From positions 11,408,001-11,472,000 of the forward strand of contig NC_135254.1 in the NCBI RefSeq assembly GCF_964204865.1: DNA of 64,000 bases, written 5' to 3'. Position 1 is the stretch's first letter; every line of letters begins with the position of its first letter. A program made the translations under genes and the position numbers. The notes under the pieces are model-generated. The model made no database searches and had not been told where the DNA came from. It was given only the letters and a program-made list of their open reading frames with translations. Shown piece after piece: positions 29,543-41,500 of this stretch. The DNA comes from Styela clava (taxonomy: Eukaryota).

Positions 29543-30538
29543 CTTCACAGTGTCTGTAAACAAACAAAAAACGAACTGAGTTTCAGTTCTGTTTCCATTA
29601 AATATGACCTAATACATTTTGGTCCCGCCATCACTGCTTTTTCGAAAATATTGTCTCTGAAGTAAAAAAGATCTTATCCGTTGGAAAATAACGACTTTAT
29701 TCAACTACGTTAGCGTTTTTATATTCTTACATATATATATTCTATTTTGAAGCTTGATAACATCTGCATTTTAAGTTTAAGAGTATCCACTCGACAACTC
29801 ACAAGAGAAAACCAATTTAACGTTGAGATGCAAGTAATCAATGGGAGTGGGAGCCATTTCAAGAAAATTTAAATACCGTAGTTATACGGAATAACAACGA
29901 TGGTGGTAATTAGAAAATATTTGGTCGCAATGTACATGATACATTCACGCCCCATGAGTTTGGCTTCTTTTAGCAAGTGCAGTTTCAAGTATTTTGTGGC
30001 GTCTAGAGCTGCCGCATAATCATTAACCATAGCGGGATTTCCAAACCATGGCCGCTATGACCAAACTCACGGTGACTGACTTTATAGCTGCCACAAACCA
30101 ATAGCGAGCTGCCGTCGTTACGGCAGCAAATCGAATGCTGTTCAATCAATTTTGCTGCCGTAACCACGGTATGTCGGCTGTAATAGCATGGCTGCCCCTG
30201 ATGGTGATAAATATTGGGTAAGTTGGAATGCTTTTCTTATGAATACAGTTTTGATGTATTTGGGGTCAGGTTTAGGTTAGAGTAGATATAATTTTGTATG
30301 ATAAACTGAAAAATATTGTATGACTTTGTAAATATACCGGTAATAGCGCGATAAAACCATGGCAAGAGACGCCGCGGTACGTTCGTGGCAGGAGCTGCCA
30401 TGAAGTGGTTAGAACTGCGCCTCTCCTTCATGGTTCAGATGGGTATTGTTATGAATTGAAGGACGTGGAAATGGCTGGGAGAATGCTTATCATTAAATTT
30501 TAGATACAAATTATACGTATCAATGGATCATAACTTAC

Positions 30539-33500
30539 ATTCAACGACATCCACGGGATCTTTGTTTTCTGTGCTTTGACTATTTATTATTAATTGTTCA
30601 GATTGAGTTTCGCCATTTGTTCTTACATTTTGTTGATTTGGTCTCGAGTCCAGAATTTCAGATGTTCCGGCAGTCCTTACATTAGCTGGGTGTACAATTT
30701 TCGAAAAACAAAATTGGTCAAAAGTAATTGCAGCAAATAAAACTGTCATGTTCGCATCCGAATGTTAACCCTGTACACATTTTGATTAAAATTCTGCTCG
30801 CTGAAGATTCAATAGTTTCATATCGTTCTCTGAATGTGGGCAAATATCGACTGTTACTGAACTTGAATTTCCATTTAAAAACGTCCGGCGCACAATAATC
30901 TTCGGCGCTTATTCGATATCAGGTGAAATTCGGGTATGTGCAATTTTTAGAATCGAATTCAAGCTAAAAGACTATCGTTCATTTCTTGCCGTTAGGAGTT
31001 TAGAGAATTTTAACGAATTTTCCCTATCTGGCGCCTCGATCGGTTTCACCATTCGATTTTAGAAATAAAAAATGACAACATATGGTAGCACAATTTGCCT
31101 TTGAGGCAAATCAGATGACGATCGTAACCACTATCCTACTACTGACTTTAAACGGAATAAGTCTTACAAATAAATTTTTAAAAAATACATTCCCAGTGTA
31201 TGACATAAATATATTTAACAGAGAAACTACTGCATATGGTAAACTACAAGCGGTATCCTACTGCAATATTACGAAAGCATATAGGCTATCAAACCAACTA
31301 TGTTTAGCTACACAACTCAACTACGACATGTATAAAGTTAATGTCAAGAAAAAGGATTTAGATGATGGCTTCTACCCAGGCAAGCACAGATCAGTAAATG
31401 TTTTTATGATTTGCACGGGAAACGCAAAATATTTTAATGTATCTATTTACAAGACGATCTACGCGCTACGACTAGATCTACGGAACTACTGGCAACTTCG
31501 GTTCAATAGATTCTTGCAAGTCATCTTTTCGTCTTCAACCTGAATCATAAAGTGTTTTCATAACAACTTAGCAAATAAATATACATGTGAAATTCGTCAC
31601 CCCATAGTTGTTTCTCTTACCAATCGATTCTAAACTGATTTCAAGTTTCCGGTCAATTGACATTTCCTAGCGTGTAATGCACCAGTATATTTCTATAAGG
31701 TATCAGCAGCTCTAGATATTTCAGTCGAAGCCCGTAAGTTTGCTCGGAGATGAGTTTTCTTTACCTCTGAATGAGTGCGCTCGACATTTCTTTGAGCAAA
31801 TTCTCTTAACACTTAATGTTGCGAGAAGCCATCTTCTCTGAACAAGGATACGCGAGGGATAAAACATAGGCAAAATAGTTAACTAGTTCCTAGCCTAGCT
31901 TAACTAGTTCAAACTTGAATATCGTACCTGGATTTGGCACGTTGCCACTTTCTTCCTCAAGTAAAGAAGATAAACTAACGTTTGATGGACTCCGTACTTC
32001 ACCTTGGTGCGATACTTTTACATCTTTTTCAATGTCAGAATCGAAATCGTTTTCAGAATCCGTATTTGCTACGGGTGCATCGAAACCCGTAAATCGATTC
32101 GCATCTGTGTTTGCTGTATTGTATTGTTTCCTGTTACTTAGACTCGACAAATAGGGTGATGCCCTCAAGTGGTCAGTATTGTTATACGGCGTTGATAATG
32201 TGATATCGTCTGATTTATTTGGTGATAATAATTCATTTGTATGTTGTTGACGTGAATCAGTGTTTTTATATCCACCTGACGTTGGGAATATCGCTGAGGA
32301 TGTTTTGGTATCTGAACTGCCAGACCTGAAAGAAAGTAACAGAGAATTGGTCAAATATTAGATGCGTTAACAGTGAAGTGAAAACAAAAGAAGCAGTATA
32401 CCTTCCATGCGTGGGTGCCGCAATTGGAGCGTTAACTCCCTGTGTGTATTTCGGAGTTATTGTAAAACTTGGATTTTGCTTGATATTGCCGCTGTCTGCA
32501 ACATAAAAGAAGTACAAGAAACAATAAGTATCATGATTATTTTATAATATTTTAACACGATAATTGCAAGTCGGGTTAAAGTGATGAGATATCAATGCCC
32601 TAATAATTTGTTTTATAACACACGATATTGGAAAGGTTTTGAATTGGTATTACTATTGCTAACAATAGTCCACTTCCGGAGGCTTGGGGTAATTCAAGGT
32701 GGTCAGGTCATTACCTTCCAGCCACTGAAGTACGTCAGTTAAATACAACAATCTCCATTTTCACGGTATAAATATAAAGAAGGTGTGGACATGAAGATAT
32801 AGACATCAATCCCAAACACACAATTGCGATATTGTGTTTTTTGATGTGATGGGTTAATTATTTTTATTTTAAAAGATCGTCATTTTATTTAATCAAACTT
32901 TGAAACAAAGCATAATATTTAGGGGTATTGGAACTTAGTAGTACTTGACCCAAATTATTTCTCGAGGTAATGACGTACTTTTCAAACAGGAACGTTTAAA
33001 GATACATAAATGTAACAGTCTATGTTTAGTACTATGAATGCCCAAGTTTGTAGTTCAAAAATTTTACTTTTTTTTTCGAAATTAATTGGAATAAAGACTA
33101 CATTTTAATCCCATGTACCTCTCGTGAAATTATAGCACTCTCAAGCAGTGATGAGCTAGAAAAATCGTAACAACCGGAACGCACCAAATTCGTGAAAATG
33201 TAAAATATATTTACAACGTGACGCTACCGGTAATTTTGTCTGTCGTGAGATAGAGCCGAAGAACTACAATGAAATATGAAAAAAATATCCGAAATATGAC
33301 TGTTTGAAATTGGAAGAATATTCATACTAATTCAATACAAATGTTATTATTAGATAGATATTGAATGAATTTTCACGGGGGTCAAAGGTCGGCAAAACAT
33401 CCATTACACGTTACTGCTGTGCGCTAATTATTTGCCAGCTGTAATGGAAAATAATTTTGATGCATCAAAACATCAATCAATAACTAAGTTTCCCGCAGAA

Positions 33501-33816
33501 ACTAGACTTTTCGAACCATAATTTTACAGAAACGCAAACGCAATATAATGTCCAACAACCGGAACAGCGTTCCGTTCGTGACTGCTACAGCTCATCACTG
33601 CTCTCAAGTCAAGATAGATTATTGAAGCAATCAGTTTATACCATTACTAATCGAGCGTTTATACAATAATCACTACTCACCCTTGTTTTGTTTTAAAGGG
33701 TCTGTGGTCCCGTTTGATATCCCTGTATTTTCTGTAATGTTGTTCCGATCTTTTGCCTTATGATTGGGATCAACACCCACGGTTGCAGCACGATTAGACG
33801 AGCAACAGCTTCCCAT
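30539..33816 (-). CDS. Upstream coding exons encoding an MGSCCS-initiated, low-complexity/disordered segment; either an N-terminal extension of TPPP or a separate short ORF
   Basis: CCACCATGG start context at 33816. Exons 33681-33816, 32402-32495, 31928-32325, 30539-30685 have GT-AG ends and compatible phases, and can join the TPPP exon 29514-29553 to give 512 aa. Confidence 0.65.
33146..33600. mobile_element. hAT-like MITE in the first intron of the MGSCCS/TPPP locus
   Basis: TIR CAGTGATGAGCT / AGCTCATCACTG with a perfect 8-bp TSD CTCTCAAG. Confidence 0.88.
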
Positions 33817-33919
33817 GGTGGTAAATTTAGGTTTATATATTACAAGCAGTAATTAATCTATATCATCATTTTAACGAAACCTACTCGATCAAACAACATA
33901 AAGACGCATTGCCTCAATC

Positions 33920-34190
33920 ACAATGTAGTCTGTACGTTCCCTTGAAAGTTAGGCTAAAACTGAGTTTCGCAATAGCTGTAAAAATTTAGGCCTTGACCTT
34001 ATCATTCTGAATTTGAGATCTCCCGCAAAGAGTTATAAGTCCCCATTACAATGTAGTCTGCACTTCCTTGGTCTAGCCTGAAAGTTAATCGATAAAATTA
34101 GGCATACACCTGGGTTTCGCGATAGCTGTAAAAGTTTAAGTTTATTGACATTATTATTCTGAATTTGAGATCTCTCACAAAGAGTTATTA
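33920..34190. repeat. Diverged tandem duplication (~130 bp x2) just upstream of the MGSCCS start exon
   Basis: ACAATGTAGTCTG..TTTCGC(A/G)ATAGCTGTAAAA..ATTCTGAATTTGAGATCTC..CAAAGAGTTAT occurs twice. Confidence 0.8.
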
Positions 34191-34579
34191 AAGGCGCTAC
34201 CCATACAGAAAATCGACAAAATCAACACGATAAATATTCTCACAAATCCTTTCGCTCAATAATTTCTCAATAACACGCAATAATGTTTTTGCCGTTGTTA
34301 CGTCGTTGCCAACAATTGAGGAGATCGGAATCAATGCGGTAGTAAAACCAAGGATTTCGCTCGCTCGCTTTTGTTGACACAACTAATTCTCGGTCGTTGA
34401 TAAGAGTCATACGACAAATACTGTACCTTGCTCGGTACACAGAGGCTCGAGTTAAATGTACTTTGTGCGTGTAATTTGCGGTACGTCATGTTGTTAAACT
34501 CCTATTATCGCACAAAACCAATTCAAATTTGTCTGGTTGTTGGGGGCGCAGCGTATGTATTTCTAGATTGAAATATACG

Positions 34580-34945
34580 AGTTAGGAACTTATATTTATC
34601 ATGGGGAGATGAAACCGACCTAAACAAATGGCGAACCACGGCCTTTCTCGGGCATCATATTTCGAATAACTGGAAAGCCAATTGCCCGAACTACTCTATT
34701 CCATACCAAATAAGTACATGTAGAGTGTAGACTGCAACAATTGCGCACAATGAAGAAACCCCACACCAAGATATCCTCAAAATCGGTATGAAATTTAATA
34801 TAAACGGAAGTATAACAAAAAATATGTTGCAAATAACTTTTAGCATAGGCACCAGCATCACACAAGAAAAAATAAATTTCAATTTCTGGCACCAGGGCCA
34901 GTCGGCTTGGCTCCTCGGTTCCATCCCTCACACTGCCAGATTCTG
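34580..34945 (-). mobile_element. SINE/LINE-tail-related element sharing its 3' end with the SINE at 59835
   Basis: Minus strand reads GAGAAAGGCCGTGGTTCGCCAT..GTCGGTTTCATCTCCCCATGATAAATATAAGTTCCTAAC, versus GAGAGGCCGTGGTTCGCCAT..ATCGGCTTTCCTCTCCCCCGGGATAAATATGTAAATCCTATC in the SINE. The upstream part differs and the 5' boundary is approximate. Confidence 0.65.
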
Positions 34946-35514
34946 GTAAGGTAGAAAAAAATAAAGAAATGTTGCAGCTGGAAGAAATATATAAATTTAA
35001 ACGAAATCATGGCAGTTTCACGCACATATGCATTCAAAAGAAGTAATTTAAATAACAATCAACATTAGAATAATACGACCAACGGTCGTTATTTTCTATT
35101 AAACAATAAGATGTTTATAAATTATTTTCTGGCACAGTATGGTACATCTTCAAATTGCGTGAACTGTTACGTAAATTCTGCCATAAATGCAATTAATACC
35201 ATTGAATAAAATAAGTTCACAAATTACCCAAAAACTCCAAAATATATTTATTCAAACTATACCTTTTTTTTTATGAAATATCATTTTTGCACTGCATTCC
35301 ATTAGTCTGAATAACCGAAACTGTTCTAATAGATCAAATCTTTACCATTTAAAAATTCGAATTAACTCAAATCCAAAAATCATTGAAAACATGTAGACAT
35401 ATCAGTATTCTGAACATTTTAATGCAAAATATTATTTTAATCAGTTTCGGTTCTAATCAAATTTACAGCACACTTATATTTTATGTCAATTCAGTATCGA
35501 ATTGCAACATTTTT

Positions 35515-38500
35515 TTAAACAATAAAGGCGCCTGGATTACTGGAAATTGCAGCAATACATTCATGCAACAGATTTTTAACTGTTTCTAACTGTTGAAATC
35601 CAGTTTTTAATCTTTCCATCATTTCACCGGATGAAACAATACTTTTGCTAAGTTCTTTATAAGAGTTAGTAAGAGGTCGGATGTTGCAATCAATAGAAAA
35701 AGCTTGTATAGTTGTCCACAGTGTGTGTAGTAAATCAGCAAAAATAATATCACATTCTGTATCAGTCTTTGGCAATGTCAGGATACTAGAAATAATAAAT
35801 AACATTTATTATTTAAATCCGATTAATTTACAATTGACCTTGAAAATATTTGGAACTGGGAAAACATCAGTAAAGAGTCAACAAGATGTCAGCTACCCTT
35901 CAACTCGAAAAGTCTACAAAATTGAGGAAATATTGATGTGACATCCAAGTATTCCAATAAAAATTATATATACATATACACATTTCAAAACCTTACATAA
36001 TATTACAAAATTATTGTACCCAATAGTTCTTTAAGTGTTTTGAGTTATAAATTATTGTATTATAATATTACATCAGTTAAGCATGAAACTGTAAATATGA
36101 CTGTCATATAGATATTGCACATTCCATATTCTATAATGTAGTGATTTTCAGTATATTATATATTTCACATCATTTTATACAAATCTCATTTAAAATCATC
36201 TTTCGAATACAAAAAAATTTTTCATACTAACAAGTTTAAAATCAATACCCAGTTTCATTGAACAAGAAAATCTAAAAATGATGGTGATATATGTAAAACA
36301 ACTTTTACCTTTGCAGAGAGAATTGCAAACTCTGTACAAGATCAGCAACGAGAGGCAGAGCTCGAGCAGCAACAGTTTTTTCAGGTATTGTGTCAAAGGT
36401 TGCAGACAAAGCTTGACATATTTCAGGAGCATCATTCATATGTGATGGTAAAAAACTAAGACTTTGAAAGATCATTCCACAATGAGAAATAATTGCAGTC
36501 CATATCTGTAGGAAAAAGATCAGAGAATGCAAACAGACACTTTGGGATATATTTTGCGTCACGAACAATCATATCACTGCACGTGTATGAAGTTTTAGTA
36601 TAACTACATGATGTACAAATAATCGAAAAGTATTATCAAATTGTTCTGAAAAGTATAATGTGTTGAAATTTGGACAAAATCCTCAACCTGCACATTCTTT
36701 AATTTTATGTTGGTAATGCTTAGCCAACTTTTTGAATTTCTATCAAAAATATAACTTAGTTTAGAATTTGAAGTTTGAAATTTAACTTCAGTTCGGACTC
36801 TGCTTCCAACTCCAATATCAATAAGAATATGTCGAACTGGTTCTAAGGTTCCAATATTTCATGTATACAATCACACAAAGTGGTAACGAATTCCGGCCTT
36901 TTGATTCACTACATGAACCAGCTATCAGTCACCTCTATCGATGATAATATTTCTCCATACAAATAAGAATTTACCATATTCAAGGCAGACCAAAAATCAA
37001 TAGAATTAGTTTCAACAGTTTCCATTTCAACATTGTGGTCTTCCTTGTGATGTTTTACATCTTCAGAATAATTTATTTTTCTCTTCTTGAGGGATTTGTG
37101 AAGATTCTTGACAATAGAATAATTGAAAAAATTACACATTAATTGGATTGAAATTACATGTTTAAATACCATCGCAACAGATATTTACATAAACTGTTGA
37201 TGATGGCAATCAGGAGCTGTGTTATTCATGGTATCTATCACACACCAACTAGTCAGTAACCGTGCCCCTTTATGCTTGAGCAGACTAACTTTCAAATTAA
37301 CAATTTGTTCATCTTTTCAATATGAATAAATCATTCAGTAACTTTTACCTGTAACTGTAGCAAGTCGTTTTTCACAGGCTCATCGTATTTTCCTCTTAAA
37401 TTAATGCCTGAAACAAGACTGAGGGCACTTCCTGACCAATCAGAGACAAAATTGATATCTTCTGATTTGTTATCAGAATAAGAACGCTGCATATCAAGAA
37501 GTTTTTCTACATGCACTTGTAGAATATGATCAACACCCATCACTTTAAAAACAGCTAGCCAATGCTTTCGTACACAGTGTAGAACATCTGATAATGAAAA
37601 CAAAAGAGATGGATAGGAGTAGAACTTTAACCGAACCAAATACCGAATTGAGCAAAATTAGTAGATGTGATGGTTCAGTGCAGGGGTGTGCAACCTGTGG
37701 CCCGCGGGCCAAATGCGGCCCATAAGAAAAACTTGTGCGGGTGGCGGAGAAGTGCCTATTTTCATTGGTGTGCGGCCCGTAAAACGTGTTTTTAATTTAG
37801 TTTAATCTGGTATGTGTGAGTAATTTCAATCACTTTGGGTTGAAAGGTCAAAATGTTTGTGCCGGCAACTACTAGAAAGCACCCAGGTATTTGTATCTGG
37901 CCATCATGTATTCAAGGTTGCACACCCCTGGTCTTGTGGCCTTCCAAAAGTAGTGTCTCTTCACATATCAGCAGATACCTATGAATACCTGTGTAAGTTC
38001 TTGCTCAGATTGAAATGCATGAAAAGTAGGCCACACATAAATCAGTTGACAGCAATGTTCCCTCTAATTTTTCGTAGTATGTGTGCGCAGAAATTTTGGT
38101 GTGTGCGCACTTTTTTGGAAATGACTAATATTTGTGCAAAAACCAATGGAGAAATTTTGGCGTTCTAACCGGGTAATGGGTGGGCCAACAACAAACTTTC
38201 TCAACCTGCCAATCGAGAACATTGTTACATTACCATCGAAATACGTCTGTGCGCAGTAAATCTATGCGTGTGCGCAGCCCCTGAAAGCTGTGTGCGCGCG
38301 CACACGCGCACACCTTAGAGGGAACACTGGTTGACAGCATAAAAAGTATAACAGCTTTATCTAACATTATACTGTTTCGTACTAACTACTAGTTGAGCTA
38401 TATTCACCAGTGACCATGAGTGAGAAAACACCAAAGTTACTTGCGAAGGCTCATTAGCAACCATGATAGGCATATTCAGAGCATTTCGTCTCACTCAAAT

Positions 38501-41500
38501 TTGTTTCAAAATTTCATTTTTCAGCCTATTGTCTTGAGATGATTAGTATTTTGAATTACAATTAACAAATCTTCGCAAATCAGTGTAAAAACAATTAAAA
38601 CAAAAATAAAAAAATTACCAGTCAATGTCCAAGGTGGTTTCCTTAATATAATATCCAACCACAAATCATCGAAAGCTTCTTTCATTTCCTTCTCCAAAAT
38701 AAATGTCAAGGCAGACAAAGCACGTGCACAAATTTTTTTATAAATATCTTTGCATTCAAGAGGAGATAATATTGACAATGATTCCGGTGAAACACTTTCA
38801 TCCTGCCTATTCTTCATCATTATTATTTTCTTCATTTCAGGTTCGGTAGATGATTTTAGCGATGCTGAATAAGAGTATCAGTATTTATATATCAGATTTG
38901 TACATATGGATAGGAAGAAAACGGAAAGGAGCACAAAACAGCATATTACTTACCGGAACTATTTTTCATTTTGGCAATGCTTTTATGAAGGTCTTTGACA
39001 TCGTTTATGCATCTAAAATTTATATAAAAAAACGTTAAAACTATATAAAATTACTTTGCTCGAAGTAGAAAAGGTCAAAAGCGCTTGACTAGAAGATAGA
39101 TAATGAGAAACATGCCAAGATTACTTCATCTACACGGGAGTGATGATAACTGAATATATATAAATGGGTACTCCCATAGTGTGTGTGTACCAGGTTAGGC
39201 CATAATTTTATTCTGATTTTCCTTATTTTAGTTCTATTTATAGTTCGGGGACTGTCTGAACAAAATTAGTTTTCCCCATATTGGTAGACACACTTCTGGA
39301 GCGCCTATAAGTGTATATTTGCAAGAAAAATACAAAGGAAAAAACTGGAAACATCACAAAAATACATACTGGTACAAATAAGCAAATTCGAATTACTATG
39401 CAAATTGATTGACTTATCATACCAAGTATGTCTATGGACTTGTCCATGTAATACTTATTATAAGACGAAATAAAATACTAGTATTCAGAAATAGTTTCTC
39501 ACATAATATGATTTGCCAATGCTTTGTTCATCAGGTTTTTATCGTGGGTAACCAACACTGTATTGTCATCATTGGATGACTGCTTCATTGAAAAGCAACA
39601 TTGAAGAATTCTATCATCATTGTTTTCAATATTAAATCCGTCTGAAATTTTTTTTTAGATACCGGTAATAGGTGCGGAATGTAGAAATTGAAAAAAAGTA
39701 CACTGCACTGTTAAATTTACATTAGATGCTGTGAAATATCAGGAGCTAAAAACTAAAATAGAGGTAAATGAAAACTATTTCTTGGTAATGAAGCATTCTA
39801 CATCCCCAGAATATATTAGGAATTTAGGAGTATCCATACTTCATATATAAATATTTATCTCAACGCTGTTAGAAATCTAATCTCCAAAGTGCCTAATTAT
39901 GGATGAATAAGCTAAAATATTTATCTGAAATCAATTTTAACGACTATGAGTGAAAAATCCCATTCCACTAAAACAGATTTTTGTTCATATATCTTGAATG
40001 AAAACTTCATTCTTACATATTTATCTGTATCCTTCAACCAAATTTCTGTATAATGGTTGCAAGACATGAATGGGGCAAAATGGCATGTTAAAATCAATAT
40101 TGCAATGAACCCACAATCAATCTAAACACAAAAGTAACCCACCAAATTGCATACCCAAAATTTGAATGTGAATTTGTCCTTCATAGTAGCTGATTTTTGA
40201 ATGAGACAATGAAGCAAGAATTGGCTGAAGTTTAATAATGTCAAGGGTTGTCGTCAGAGTACCTGAACCTAACTATGTTCGGGTCACATGTCGAATTTTT
40301 TGGATTCTAAAATTTTTTACCACAAGCATGTAATGAATTGGGTAGGTTATGCAGGACTGGAGAGATATCAGCGTCCAAAGATTGTAGCTCTCTGTATATC
40401 ACAGCCTAAAGCCTCGTTCAGACAAAGGTGCGAAACATACACAAACATACCTATTACAGTTGCAGCTTCAAATATAGTTTGTCCACGTACAATAGACTTA
40501 TTCGTTTGAAATTGTCTGAAATAAAACAAAACTAATTCATGAAATGTTATATTTATCTATGAATAGGAAGTCTTAGCAACTTACCTGTTTAAAAACGATA
40601 TTGCATTACGAGCAGCATTTTTATTTTTCTTGTGATGATCCAGCTCCTAAAAACAAATGAAATGTAGTTTTATATTTGTTTGAAAATAGGATCTTCCTAG
40701 TTGTCTACCTAGTAACTATATAAAATTGAGACCGAAAGTGGAAATGATACACCTGTACGCTGTGTGTACATTAATTATTTGAACATATCGAATGCATCGA
40801 TTCGGTTACCTTATTATATTAAATAGTAAACGAAGTTTACAGGTACTTGTTTGAGGTATAGTGAAATTAATTGGAACGGTAGGTAAGCCTACTCGCTTGC
40901 AGACTTATTTTTAACTGGAACTGAAAACCAGGCCACGACTAGTGCTGGGCCTTTTGAATTGAATATTCTAATCAAATAGTATATTATTCAAATCGCTCAG
41001 ACAAAAATATTGAATCACTCAATTTTCAATGTGAGGTCAAATTATTGAAATGCCTTTTTTTCTAGTGAGTTATTGAAGCAACATGTTTTTTATTGAGTGT
41101 GAACACGACGTGAACTGACTAAGTGATATATTCCATGTTTTCAGTTTTTTACATGGCAGAAGGATTCATTACAATAAAAAAATCACATACAATCACGTCA
41201 TTGCATCAATTAAAATATTTTCCTAGTAATTGAGATTCGGTACAAAATAAATATTCGATTTGATTCTGACATCAGATATTCGAAAATGCCCAGTCGTAAA
41301 CAAAACCCAGTGATTGTTGTTTATAAACTACCGGTATATTCCAACAGTTGTAGAATAGATACCTGTAGGACAACCCATGGAATAATTAATTTTGTTTTGT
41401 CAAGCTTTTGTGAACTTTCTCCAAACATTCTTCGCTCCACAAACATTTTTAGGAAATTTAAAGAAACGCCGCAAAGAAGAACGTTGGTATCAAGGATGAC

